From Eledone cirrhosa (Eukaryota), in assembly GCA_964016885.1 (NCBI GenBank), contig OZ024761.1, positions 17,422,001-17,486,000 on the forward strand: a stretch of 64,000 nt of DNA, in the 5' to 3' direction. Below the pieces are notes generated by a model. The model ran no database searches. It was given only the letters and a program-made list of their open reading frames with translations, and was not told where the DNA came from. Of the stretch, positions 26,182-37,378 are shown piece after piece. The position numbers were made by a program, and so were the translations under genes. The number at the start of each line of letters is the position of its first letter. Position 1 is the stretch's first letter.

Positions 26182-29100
26182 CTTACACACACACACACAT
26201 ATATATTATACTTACACACACATACATACCTATATATATATACACATATATAATATACAAAGATATATATACAATCATTGTTTTTATTATCTGGCTCTTT
26301 ACATTCTATGTTCAAATCCCGTCGAGGTCAACTTTGCCTTTCATCCTTCTGGGGTTGACAAAATAAAATAACAGTCAAGTACTGGGATTGATTTAACTCT
26401 TCAGCATTTCCATTACTCTATATCTACTATTATATTTTCATGGCAAAGGCTTTATCTTCCATAATATCGAATCTATGAGATTTTGATAATAATACCTGAA
26501 CTTCCAATCAGTACGAGCAGCCGGTTATGGCCAGTTTGAACAGAAAGAGGTGAGAAAATTCTGGCTGGATACGACTGATTTAAATGCTAAAGGGTTAATC
26601 AAATTTTCCCTTCCTTCCTCTAAAAAATTTGCTTAGATTAGAAATCAATGTTAGAGGTAAGAATGTTTGGAAACCGCGGAGTGGGGAGACCCAAGATGAC
26701 CTGGGATGAGGTGATAAAAGCCGAGCTTACCCAATTACACCTCTCAAAGACAATGACACACAACCGTGACTTCAGGCGTCACGCAGTAATACAGAGTACC
26801 CGACCTCCCATGGGTACATGCTGAAGCATATAAACAATATGCCCCCACACCCCCCACCGCAAGGTGGTCGTGGAGGTGCCACGGCAAAAAAGCACCCAGC
26901 CCACACTGTAAAGTGGACGTGTAGGCGCCACGGAAAAGCACCCAGCACTCACTGTAAATGAGGTTGGTGTTAGGAAGGGCATCCAGCTGTAGAAATCAAG
27001 CCAGATCAGTTCCTGTATGAGCAAGGCATGGTCAGCCGACCAGACACTGCCCACAACAGGACAACCCGTCTAACCCATGCTAGCGTGGAAGAACGGACGT
27101 AAAACGGTGATGATGATGAATATATATATATATATATATATATAGGAACGAGTAGGACCCTAAGTATTGAGTACTTTGGTGCGTTATGGTCCATCTGATT
27201 CCTTACCACATTTCTTTCGTTATATATATATATTTATTAAAATAACAGATTAAAGTTTAAGCAAAGAATCGCTGCTTTCACCCTTAACGGGATCTTCTGA
27301 AACTAAAAATATTAATAAATGGTATACGATGCTGATGATAGCTAATAAGCTTGAAACTAGTACATCGTTCCTGTGTCAGTGTTGAACAAAAGGGCGACGA
27401 TGGTGTTAGGAAGGGCATCCAGCTGTAGAAATCAAGCCAGAATCAGTTCCTGTATGAGCAAGGCATGGTCAGCCGACCAGACACTGCCCACAACAGGACA
27501 ACCCGTCTAACCCATGCTAGCGTGGAAGAACGGACGTAAAACGGTGATGATGATGATGATGATGAGGTAAGATCTATCCCACACTCTCATCCACCCAACT
27601 ACCTTCATTAGAGAATAGAAACTGGATTAATATTTAATTAAAAGATAATTTACTTACAAAATGAACTTTTTCCGTTCATCGACATAAGTGTACCTCGGCA
27701 CAGAGAAGGTGTCAATCACACTAAAGGCATTCTCTCTGGAAACAAACAAAAAAAAGAGAGACATTAACCATTTTGAGACTAAACTACCATAATACAATCA
27801 TGAATACAAGCGGCCGAAATGAGATTCCCCCGAAGGGTCTTTGAAATAACTGTTTCTACTTTAGGCACAAGGCCAGCAATTGCTCAGTGCATTACTGGTA
27901 CTTTATTTTATCGACCCCGTAAGGATGAAAGGCAAAGTCAACCTCGGCGGGATTTGAACTCAGATCATAAAGGGACGCAACTATGCTGGAAAGCATGGCG
28001 CGCGACCCTCCACCGATACTGCCAATCCACCGCCAGATATAGATTTAATGGCTGCCCCTTAGTTATACCATAATACAATCATGAATACAAGCGGCCGAAA
28101 TGAGATTCCCCCGAAGGGTCTTTGAAATAACTGTTTCTACTTTAGGCACAAGGCCAGCAATTGCTCAGTGCATTACTGGTACTTTATTTTATCGACCCCG
28201 TAAGGATGAAAGGCAAAGTTAACCTCGGCGGGATTTGAACTCAGATCGTAAAGGGACGTAACTATGCTGGAAAGCATGGTGTCTGACCCTTTACCGATAC
28301 TGCCAATCCATTTGAAATAACATTACATGATAAAGTGCGTAACTCGTAGATCAGAGAGTCACTCCAGGTAGAGCCGCTACTTCTCCGAATTGAGAGATCA
28401 CAGCTCTGATACTATGGATATGTGGTTAGATTGTCTCAAGAAATAATTGCTGAACAGATTTTACAGGCAAAACCAACAAGGTAGGAGACCCCAGAGGTAG
28501 ACCCACCCCAAGCAGGGTGGTTGGATAACATCCATGAGCTTGGCTGGTCACATTTGGGGATCCAGCTGGATCAGTTGGAGATAGTTGCTTCTGACATGAC
28601 CTGTTGGCGGGAGTGTTTTGGGACTCTGCCACCATGACCCTCTCAGAAATAAGTGGGCGAAGAAGAAGAACCATTTTGATACTTAACTACTAGAAACCAT
28701 CCCTGGTTCTATGCTGCAAAATTTTTATTCATCTAAAAGTCTTACATTTTATGCAACAATCTATTTTTAGGTTATTTCCAAACACCAACTTGATAATGAG
28801 AAAGTTAGTGTTTATATATAAATTTGAGCAACTTCCGTCCGTCACAAAATAATTGTTTCTACTTTAGGCACAAGGCCAGCAATTACCCAGTGCATTACTG
28901 GTACTTTATTTTATCGACCCCGTAAGGATGAAAGGCAAAGTCAACCTTACGGGGTCGATAAAATAAAGTACCAGTAATGCACTGGGTAATTGCTGGGTAA
29001 CGTCCGTCACAAAATAATATACTCATACAAGCATCAGCATGTTGAAAAAAACTTCTAGTATTATTAAATTCCTCCTCTAGCAGCGACAAAGTCTGGGGTC

Positions 29101-31956
29101 GTTAATTTTAACGAGGAGTTAGACCAACTGAATACACATCATAGAAATCAACAGAAGAAAAAGAGGAGGGTGGTGATGATGAGGAGGCAGAAGTGAATCC
29201 ATAAAATTAACACTGAACTACTTACCCATCATTCTCATCACCAGCAACACATTCTTGTACTGCAGTCAGACAGATTGTTTTGTCTATCAAAGATGACGAC
29301 ACTAGAAACAAGAAACAAAGACAAAAAAGTACTGAAGTGGAGCTACTGATCTCCCAGGCAGGTCAGTAATCTGTGTCTCACTTTAGGTATGGTCTTACAT
29401 TCCACCAAGTGCTCAGGAAAAGTGTCATGCCTTTGACACAACTGAGGTCCTCCCAACCCTTTGTTTGACAAGATTTCTAAACAAATATATATATGTTCGT
29501 ACAAACACATGTGCTGTATTATTATCCTTGATTCATGGAACAGAGGAGAGTGCTTTCCTTGCAGGAAGTGTTGTCCATTTGCCTTCCTCTCTCTCTCTAT
29601 ATATATATCTACCTGGAGTTGCAACAGGTAGATACTATCAGCAATGGAAAAACCAATGGAACCATTCTTACCTTAGTCAGATTCAGATTTAAGAATCAGC
29701 TCCTTCCTTCCGCCAGGAGTTGTGACTGACAGATACTATCAGCAATAGAAAGACCAATGGAAACATTGTTTCCTTGGTCCAATCTGACAAGTTCTACCCC
29801 CACTTGGCAAGCAAACAAAGTCTGGGATCTTGTTGATCAAACTCTATATCCATATATCTGGGTCTAGATTTAACTGTGTATCCCTTAAAGTCTTTTAATT
29901 TTCAGAATGATTACACAAAAAGGGGGTTTAATTTCGTTATCACCAGCAGCATTTCCTCACAGAAATTACATAAGAATTTCCTGGTGTCCTTCCTATTTAA
30001 AGATTTCACTGCTATTTCTAACAAGTCGAATGACAGTTGTCTTTTATTTATATGCCTGAGGGGATAGTAGTTAATGACCACCCCCCATTAAACCCCAGGG
30101 AGGGGGGAAAAACAACAAGCAATCAAATAAACTTACAGGGTTGTTTCATTATATTTTCCAAGATCTTGTCAATCAATTGCATTCTTTTACTGGCCCTTGT
30201 GGCCTCCAATTGTCCCAAGAGAAACTTGCTGGCTTCACTGAAAGATAAGACAAAAACAGGATAACAATATTGAAATGCTGCAAAACTCTCTTTTATTGAT
30301 GGATCCGTCGTTGTTGTCAACGACGAGCATTCAATCAATCTCAGGCATGTCAACTCTCCCCGTCTGACAAGGAGATCTCCCATCCATTTTGGGGTGGGTG
30401 AAGGATGTCTTCTCTTGTGAAAATAGGTATAGATTTCATTATGTTTCTATTTTGCCTAATTTCTCAACATTTTGGGGCATTTTTTTTCATGGTACTACTC
30501 GTTTGGGTTTTTAAAGGTTGGCAGGTCAACATTCCATCTACTGAACACCTTACATTTCATTAGAGCAATCTCATTCTTTCTTTAAAAATTGAGAGATCAG
30601 AGATTCGCTACATCTCCGATACTACAGACATGTAGTTAAAATGTCTCAGGAAAGGATCACTGGACAGATTTTAAGGGCAAAACCTACTGGCAAGAGACCC
30701 TGGGGAAGACCCACCTGGAGTATGATAGTTGGATAACCACATCAATGAGGTTGGCTGGTTTAGCTTGGGAATCCAGCCGGATCAGTTGACGACGGTTGCT
30801 TGACAGGACCTGCTGGAAGGAGTGTTTGAGGACTCTGCTCCCACGAACCTCCCTGGAAAAAGTGGGCGGCGAAGAAGGCTCCCGATTGTCATTGTTTGGG
30901 GCCTTTCCAGAGATCCTAGTCACCAAGTACGCACGAAGCAACGAGAGAACATCTTTATTGAAGGCTTTTAACATCGTCCCTAGATGCCTTGCCACATTTG
31001 AACGCTCTGGTGACCTCAACTTCCGAGAGATTAGTCTTCGTCCCCAAATGCAGCACATGTACATCACAAGATGTCTTTGTGACTGGATTTAGGGGATCAG
31101 CAAAGTATTCTCTACGAGGACTCGCGAGGAAGCACCTCTCTTCAGAGATATGAACAAGAAAAATATATTGCACTCTCCATATAACGTCATAAACGAGCAA
31201 TGGGCCTGAGACATATCCTTGCAAACGGATGCACAAAGTTTGCGTATTACGAGACCCTAAAGAGGGTTCAGAAAGGAGCAAGCATTAACAATTGGCAACA
31301 AACCCCTCTCCTTTTTTTTTATTTCTAAAAATGTATTGTTGTCCTGCATCAAAATTATGGCGTAAAAGTTCGGTAAATTCGTGTTTAAGGTTCGTTAAAA
31401 AAAAAAATTAAGAGAGTTACTTCCCCTTTACCCTTGTTTTAGTTAAGGAACAATTGAATCAACCGCGGTAATGTTTTTCTCTGTCGTCTGTAGTCCCCTT
31501 TTCGAAAATTAGTCGAAATTTGTTCTCAAATGCTTCTTTATTAATGTAATATGTTTATAGTACAGCTTTAAATATTCTACGATTAAGGTAAGTGATAAAA
31601 AAAAAATTAATTAAAATAAATTTTTTATTTTTTTATTTTTATATTTCATCGTCATAATCGTAATCTACATCAAAAAAATATATCTCTGTAAAATTCGTTA
31701 AAGAATATCGATTATTAAGAAAGTTATAAAAGAAAAAAAAACAAAGTTATGTCTATGTTTGATCGTTAAGGACTTGTTTAGAAACTAAAAAAAAAACATG
31801 AACAACGCCAGAATGGAAGGAATTAGATAATTACAAAAGAGAATACGACATAATACAATATAGATCTTAAAATATGAAACGATAAAATTACCTGCGAAGT
31901 GTCAAGCCATGTAACTTGAAAGTACTCGTTAGATCAGACTTTAGTTTCGATGCCAT
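15519..31956 (-). CDS. POLE2: DNA polymerase epsilon subunit 2 (DPB2/POLE2), complete 15-exon gene, 1569 nt CDS = 522 aa + stop
   Basis: Exons 31892-31956, 30137-30237, 29226-29301, 27658-27735, 25467-25560, 24450-24521, 23579-23662, 23073-23129, 21520-21641, 20615-20756, 19764-19884, 18177-18291, 17031-17214, 16506-16682, 15519-15599 join in frame. Peptides such as [56 protein letters not shown] and [21 protein letters not shown] are colinear with vertebrate POLE2 as recalled. Confidence 0.97.
16506..16682 (-). CDS. POLE2: POLE2 exon 14 ([15 protein letters not shown]...CIITNP)
   Basis: CAG/GTAAG; contained in supplied ORF 16353-16820. Confidence 0.95.
17031..17214 (-). CDS. POLE2: POLE2 exon 13 (PAIPNCITE...[18 protein letters not shown]...)
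   Basis: CAG/GTAAG, phase 2->0. Confidence 0.95.
18177..18291 (-). CDS. POLE2: POLE2 exon 12 ([11 protein letters not shown]...[17 protein letters not shown])
   Basis: CAG/GTAAG; conserved FVPGP.DPG. Confidence 0.95.
19235..19705 (+). mobile_element. Old RTE-type LINE 3' fragment (related pieces at 28320-28670 and 30590-30880)
   Basis: ELSARIA...AKLAIFN.LLMPTL..GHES and [12 protein letters not shown]-like remnants. Confidence 0.65.
19764..19884 (-). CDS. POLE2: POLE2 exon 11 ([26 protein letters not shown]...)
   Basis: CAG/GTAAG, phase 0->1. Confidence 0.95.
20615..20756 (-). CDS. POLE2: POLE2 exon 10 ([13 protein letters not shown]...[10 protein letters not shown])
   Basis: CAG/GTAAG; conserved motifs. 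Confidence 0.95.
20875..21185. repeat. 48-bp minisatellite ending in an inverted copy
   Basis: GCTTAACCCTGGGTCAACCCTATGGTCAAAGACACTCCAGATATCACA x about 5.5, then GGGTTGACCCAGGGTTAAGCTGTCA. Confidence 0.9.
21520..21641 (-). CDS. POLE2: POLE2 exon 9 ([40 protein letters not shown])
   Basis: AC acceptor, GTAAAT donor; highly conserved peptide. Confidence 0.95.
21642..23072 (-). other. U12-type (minor spliceosome) AT-AC intron, POLE2 intron 8, 1431 nt
   Basis: 5' splice site ATATCCTTT; branch site TTCCTTGAC (21663-21655); terminal AC at 21643-21642; phase 0 join DLTGA|SFHTGL restores the conserved protein. Confidence 0.93.
23073..23129 (-). CDS. POLE2: POLE2 exon 8 ([19 protein letters not shown])
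   Basis: CAG acceptor; followed by the non-canonical donor ATATCCTTTT. Confidence 0.92.
23579..23662 (-). CDS. POLE2: POLE2 exon 7 ([28 protein letters not shown])
   Basis: CAG/GTATA, phase 0->0. Confidence 0.93.
23885..24400. repeat. GA-rich minisatellite in POLE2 intron 6
   Basis: GAGAGACAGAGATGGCGAATG variants. Confidence 0.9.
24450..24521 (-). CDS. POLE2: POLE2 exon 6 ([24 protein letters not shown])
   Basis: CAG/GTATG; conserved RT.RH.LFTPP. Confidence 0.93.
25467..25560 (-). CDS. POLE2: POLE2 exon 5 ([13 protein letters not shown]...[11 protein letters not shown])
   Basis: CAG/GTAAG, phase 2->0. Confidence 0.92.
26668..27120 (+). mobile_element. Short 5'-truncated copy of the 49347-50890 RTE LINE
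   Basis: Near-identical to about 50430-50880. Confidence 0.85.
27326..27368 (+). ncRNA. Minimal hammerhead ribozyme motif in POLE2 intron 4 (antisense)
   Basis: ACGATG-CTGATGA-tAGCT(AATA)AGCTt-GAAA-CTAG-TA-CATCGT. Confidence 0.75.
27658..27735 (-). CDS. POLE2: POLE2 exon 4 ([25 protein letters not shown])
   Basis: CAG/GTAAG, phase 2->2; conserved PR.Y..ERKKF. Confidence 0.93.
29226..29301 (-). CDS. POLE2: POLE2 exon 3 ([25 protein letters not shown])
   Basis: TAG/GTAAG, phase 1->2; matches LSSNMIE..AVQEC. Confidence 0.92.
30137..30237 (-). CDS. POLE2: POLE2 exon 2 ([13 protein letters not shown]...[10 protein letters not shown])
   Basis: CAG/GTAAG boundaries, phase 2->1. Confidence 0.9.
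31892..31956 (-). CDS. POLE2: POLE2 exon 1 ([21 protein letters not shown])
   Basis: ATG at 31956, donor GTAATT; resembles the POLE2 N-terminal FKLRGLLLR motif. Confidence 0.9.
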
Positions 31957-31969
31957 GTTTACGACTGAC

Positions 31970-31981
31970 TTTCCCGCCAAA
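31970..31981. promoter_or_regulatory. Overlapping bidirectional E2F-type site TTTCCCGCCAAA just upstream of the POLE2 ATG
   Basis: Matches TTTSSCGC on + and TTTGGCGG on -; starts 14 nt upstream of the start codon of an S-phase gene. Confidence 0.6.
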
Positions 31982-32089
31982 GATACGAAACGGTGTCGCT
32001 CGTATTTTTCTATATTATTCATCTGTTCCACATTAATAGTATTGTAAGAAACAGTTTGGAAATACTACGTTTAAACAAAAAAATTCAGC

Positions 32090-32150
<61 letters not shown>

Positions 32151-33121
32151 CCAAAAGTTTATATGGTTCGTTGATTATTTAACGAATTCATATATATATA
32201 TATATCTATCCGTATCAGGTTGATGGTCGAGAGAAAAGAGTACTCAATACCGAAGTAGATTTGTAAGTCTTATTACTCTGGGGTAACAAGACTCACTATT
32301 TAGCCTTAATAAAATTAATATCATCATCATTACCGTTTTACGTCCATTCTTTCACGCTATCATGGGTTAGACTGGTTGTCCAGTTGTGGGCAATGCTAGG
32401 TCAGGCGACCATGTCTTGCTCATACAGAACTGATTTTGGCTTCATTTCTCCAGCTGGATGCCCTTCATAACACCAACCACATTTAGAGTTAGTACTGGGT
32501 GCTTTTTTACCGTGGTACCTAGAGAGAAAGATTCATTGTTTGCTCAAAACAAAGTTTAATCACTTCAGTGTACATGATGTTCAGTTCTGGCATGAGATCT
32601 TATTTTTGGACCAGACATATTCTAAAAGTCATCGATATAAATTGCACCTTAGTTTTGGTGCAGCTTGGACTGTGTGTGTATCTTGATGAACCTTGAAATA
32701 TTGCCTTAGACCTACTTGAGACTTGCAGATCTTGTGGCATTGATGAAGGTGAACTGGGTTACTATATTCAGGTATTACCCTATTGTATGCTCTTATGTGA
32801 AATAGAAGCCCAATTATGGTACCAATGTGAGCACTCGATGCAGAGAGAGAAAGAGAGTGTATATATTAAGCCTTTAGCATTTACATTACTCTATATTTAC
32901 TATTGTATTTTCATTATATCACATAATATCGAATCTATGAGATTTTGATATTTATTTTGAGAACAACACCTTAACATCAGTATGAGTTTAAACCAACTGT
33001 AATTATTCTCCCAATCATGTAACCGATGTGTTGAGTTTTTTCTAGTCATATGCTTGGTGATCATCGATCTGTCCAGCTCGTTGGCTACCAGCATATCATG
33101 AAAAATTATACATCTTATATG

Positions 33122-33200
33122 TATTTTGTCTGAAGAGGACATGTTTTGGTTTATGTTATACATAAAACTTTACATCTTCGAAATATATATAATGAAATAA
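33122..33200 (+). ncRNA. Hammerhead motif (CTGAAGA core)
   Basis: TATTTTGT-CTGAAGA-...-GAAA-TATATA-TA-ATGAAATA. Confidence 0.6.
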
Positions 33201-33257
33201 ATAGAGATGATATAAGGTATATATTTTTCGTTTATTACTATTATTATTATATACGTG

Positions 33258-33444
33258 ATGGTGTGGATTGGTAGTATCGGTAGAGGGTCGGACGCCATGC
33301 TTTCTAGCATAGTTACGTCCCTTTATGTTCTGAGTTCAAAACCCGCCGAGGTTAACTTTGCCTTTCATCCTTACGGGGTCGATAAAATAAAGTACCAGTA
33401 ATGTACTGGGTAATTGCTGGCCTTGTGCCTAAAGTAGAAACAAT

Positions 33445-33445
<1 letters not shown>
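33258..33445 (+). mobile_element. tRNA-derived Nin-domain-type SINE (other copies near 12780, 18325, 22030(-), 27850(-), 28130(-), 60930(-))
   Basis: Core GAGGTTAACTTTGCCTTTCATCCTTACGGGGTCGATAAAATAAAGTACCAGT recurs throughout the window. Confidence 0.8.
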
Positions 33446-33480
<35 letters not shown>

Positions 33481-34608
33481 CGCCTGGGTCTGTCCCACCT
33501 TCCTGGAGTGCTTGGAAAAATAAATTTCTTTTTCTTTCTGAAGAGATAAATACTCAGAACGGTTGGTAGGCCTGCGAGCCTTGGGTGGACCAGGAATTTG
33601 TTGTGTCACTCTTTTGTATAATGTAGTTCAGGATTATTTCACACCACTAGGAATACAATATCGATCCATACAAAGAACCCAAAGCTAGATAATGATCTAA
33701 TCTAGTTTAAGTTAGTTTTATTTTATTTTGTTTTTTTACGTCCCAACTTTACACTACTCTAGCTTTAGAATCATTAGCATAACTAGCATTTATAACTGCA
33801 CTGACTCTTCTAGCCATGTGGGGCTGGAGCCTGTGAGTGTTTCCTAGAGAAATTTCCCTATTTCCGATATGAGATTTTACTCGGTGTTCGCGGGTTTATG
33901 AACCCGCAGTGACTGTGAAGCTATTATTTCAGTAGCTAACGAAAGACAAGCCACACTTATTTCTCTACGCCACAAACACAGTGATAGAACGTGACTATCA
34001 AAGATATATTTGATTTTTGCATAATTGCTTCCTTCTCCTAATTCTTTAATTAAATCTTTCAATTTTAAACTTAAATTTTACACTTTTAATCTTTAATCTC
34101 AATTATAAATTATACCTTAAATCTTTCAATTTTAAACCTAAATTTTACATTTTTAATCTTTAATCTTAATTTTAAATTCTACCTTAAAACCTTTTGGGAT
34201 CTAGTTCTGACTGTACATCCGTCCACTATATTTTTTAGTGCTTCAGGCTAACGCCAACTGAAAAGTTTTTCTATGTAACCTGATCTCCTTTACCACTAGC
34301 ATGTGTCCATATGGCAGTGGGTGGCAGCGTGGTAGTAGTAGGCGTACTATGTATACAGGCTCCCTAACACTACCGGCAGGGTAGTATGCACAATAAGCAT
34401 ATATCCTCCTGATCAAACCGACAAGACAAAATTAGGTAGATTCCTCACTTGAAGGCGATCAACCAGACTGGTAACAGCTGGCCCTGACCGCCTCCGGGTC
34501 TTAAACATTTCTCTCTGCTTTTTAGCCTCTTGGATTGTGTTTACCATTGTTCCTTTATTACTCTTTTACCTGTTCCAGCCATCCGGCTGAGGCTATGCTG
34601 GGGCATGC

Positions 34609-34676
34609 AATAAACACCTGATGATGTCACCAGGATCCTATGGAACCTGGTCATTGAAATGTGCATAGTGTTTGTT
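34609..34676 (+). ncRNA. Hammerhead motif
   Basis: AATAAACAC-CTGATGA-...ACCAGG..CCTGGT...-GAAA-TGTGCA-TA-GTGTTTGTT. Confidence 0.7.
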
Positions 34677-35989
34677 CTAATAAATCTTTGAAGGAATTTC
34701 ACCAGTCCGGCCTCCTGTCATTTTACTCAATTATATACATCATCTCAGGGTATGTCATGTATCATTATATTTTATCTGATGAGGACGTACTGTTGTACAT
34801 CCAAAATATGTATAATAAAATGTAATTGATCAAAAGAACATCTATTTTATTAATATTTGTATTTTAATATATATATATATATCATCTATCACTCGATTTG
34901 TTGTCTACTACCATATCCACACACACACACATATTTGTCATTATCATCATTTAATGTCCATTTTTCCCAGCTAGCTAGAAATAAAATATGAATATATCAC
35001 TGAAGCAAGGGCAATAAATCTATACTGAGTAGATATTGTTTGTTTGAATTGATCCCAGTACATGACTGGTACGTTAATTACCAACGTCTTTGATATATTT
35101 TTTTTTCCCCTTTGTCATGCTGGGTAACCCACATTGTAAGAGAAGTAGTTCCATTCAACACTAACCAATCCATTTCCTATGGGTGGTCAGATTTCTTGAC
35201 AAGTTCATTACATCTAGCCTTCAACATGATAAGGGTAAAAAAAAATGTAAACTCCGAAGAAAAAACAAAATTTACAGCCTACACATATGTAGGTTTTAGC
35301 TCAGAACAAGAATTGATTGTATCTCATAGGAGGTTTCTCAGGTGTTTTAAACATTTCTATATTTACCATTATATTTTCTTGGTAAAGGCTTTATCTCACG
35401 TATCAAATCTATGAGATTTTATTATTTATTTTGAGAACAATACCTTAATACCAGTATGAGTGGCTAGTTACAGCCAGTTTGAACTGAAAGAGGTGAGAGA
35501 ATTCTGGGCAGATATGGCCGCTTTAAATGCTAACGGGTTAATGATCGTGGCCTCAATCCTATCATGTTGTTACAGCTCACACTTATGTCAGTTTAGCTGG
35601 GATTCAAATTGGTTGTATCTCATACATTTCTCAGGTGTTTTAATGATAGGGACCCCAGTCCTATCATGTTTGTTACAGCTCACACCTATGTAAGTTTAGC
35701 CAGGAACACAAATTGGTTGTATCTGATAGGAACCTCCTAACATGTTTAGCTGGCCTGTTATGGGGTTGTATCTCATAGGAGGTTTCTCAGATATTTTAAC
35801 GTTAGTGGCCTCAGTCCTATTATGTTGTTATAGCTCACATCTATAACAGATTTAGCTGGTCTGTTACAAGGTTACATATTATAGAAGGGTTTTTTCCTGT
35901 TTTATTGATAGGGGTCTCAGTCCTATCACACACACACACACACGCACATATGTGGTTACAGCTCACACCGATGCAGGTTATTACTGCCC

Positions 35990-37190
35990 CTGCTGTTGTT
36001 GCTGCTGCAGTTGTTGTTGTTACTGATGTAGTTGCTAATGTTGTTATTGTGATGGTTGCTGCTGCTGCTGTTGTTGTTGTTGTTGCTCCTTCTGCTGCTG
36101 CTGTTGTTACTGCTACTGTTGCTGTTTTTGTTGCTGCTGTTGTTGTTGTTGCTCCTTCTGCTGCTGTTGTTACTGCTACTGTTGCTGTTTTTTGTTGCTG
36201 CTGTTGTTGTTGCTCCTTCTGCTGCTGTTGTTACTGCTACTGTTGCTGTTTTTGTTGCTGCTGCTGCTGTTGTTGTTGTTGTTGCTCCTTCTGCTGCTGT
36301 TGTTACTGCTACTGTTGCTGTTTTTGTTGCTGCTGTTGTTGTTGCTCCTTCTGCTGCTGTTGTTACTGCTACTGTTGCTGTTTTTGTTGCTGCTGTTGTT
36401 GTTGTTGTTGCTCCTTCTGCTGCTGTTGTTACTGCTACTGTTGCTGTTTTTGTTGCTGCTGCTGCTGTTGTTGTTGTTGTTGCTCCTTCTGCTGCTGTTG
36501 TTACTGCTACTGTTGCTGCTGCTGCTGCTGTTGTTGTTGTTGCTCCTTCTGCTGCTGTTGTTACTGCTACTGTTGCTGTTTTTGTTGCTGCTGTTGTTGT
36601 TGTTGCTCCTTCTGCTGCTGTTGTTACTGCTACTGTTGCTGTTTTTGTTGCTGCTGCTGCTGCTGTTGTTGTTGTTGCTCCTTCTGCTGCTGTTGTTACT
36701 GCTACTGTTGCTGTTTTTGTTGCTGCTGTTGTTGTTGTTGTTGCTCCTTCTGCTGCTGTTGTTACTGCTACTGTTGCTCCTTCTGCTGCTGTTGTTACTG
36801 CTACTGTTGCTGTTTTTGTTGCTGCTGCTGCTGTTGTTGTTGTTGTTGCTCCTTCTGCTGCTGTTGTTACTGCTACTGTTGCTGCTGCTGCTGCTGTTGT
36901 TGTTGTTGCTCCTTCTGCTGCTGTTGTTACTGCTACTGTTGCTGTTTTTGTTGCTGCTGTTGTTGTTGTTGCTCCTTCTGCTGCTGTTGTTACTGCTACT
37001 GTTGCTGTTTTTGTTGCTGCTGCTGCTGCTGTTGTTGTTGTTGCTCCTTCTGCTGCTGTTGTTACTGCTACTGTTGCTGTTTTTGTTGCTGCTGTTGTTG
37101 TTGTTGTTGCAGTTGCTGATGTCGTAACTGCTGCTGCAGTTGTTGCTGGTGTCGTCATTGGTGCTTCTGCTGTTTCTGTTGTTGTTGTTT
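35990..37190. repeat. GCT/GTT trinucleotide-based minisatellite (about 60-72 bp units) downstream of the LRRC71 stop
   Basis: Minus-strand reading is (TTTAATKTATVAVTTAAEGA)n; open in several frames. Confidence 0.95.
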
Positions 37191-37276
37191 CCATGACTTG
37201 AGAAGAATACCTTTACAATGTCCACAGATCCAGGTGAGTTGTATGGTGTTCGAAATTACCTCTTCTGCCTTCACTA

Positions 37277-37378
37277 CTACCATTCATCGTCTTTGCCATA
37301 TTTTCGAAGTGGGTCCCTGTTAGCCATTAGATCGTTGAGCTCAATGGTATAGAAACAGCTCTCTGGAGCCAGGTTTCT
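37277..37378 (-). CDS. LRRC71: LRRC71 terminal exon ([33 protein letters not shown])
   Basis: CAG acceptor; stop TAG followed by TAG TGA; LM..RDP C-terminal motif. Confidence 0.87.
   Translation of the reverse strand, partial: RNLAPESCFYTIELNDLMANRDPLRKYGKDDEW

Noticed and set aside
30684-31281. ORFs in POLE2 intron 1
   Set aside because: Overlap a LINE relic; no recognisable domain or splice-consistent structure
34764-34825. Active hammerhead at 34776
   Set aside because: Catalytic G12 is lost (GAAA reads AAAA); counted only as a relic
35905-37201. Plus-strand poly-Cys, poly-Leu and Val/Ala ORFs
   Set aside because: Alternative readings of a stop-free trinucleotide repeat
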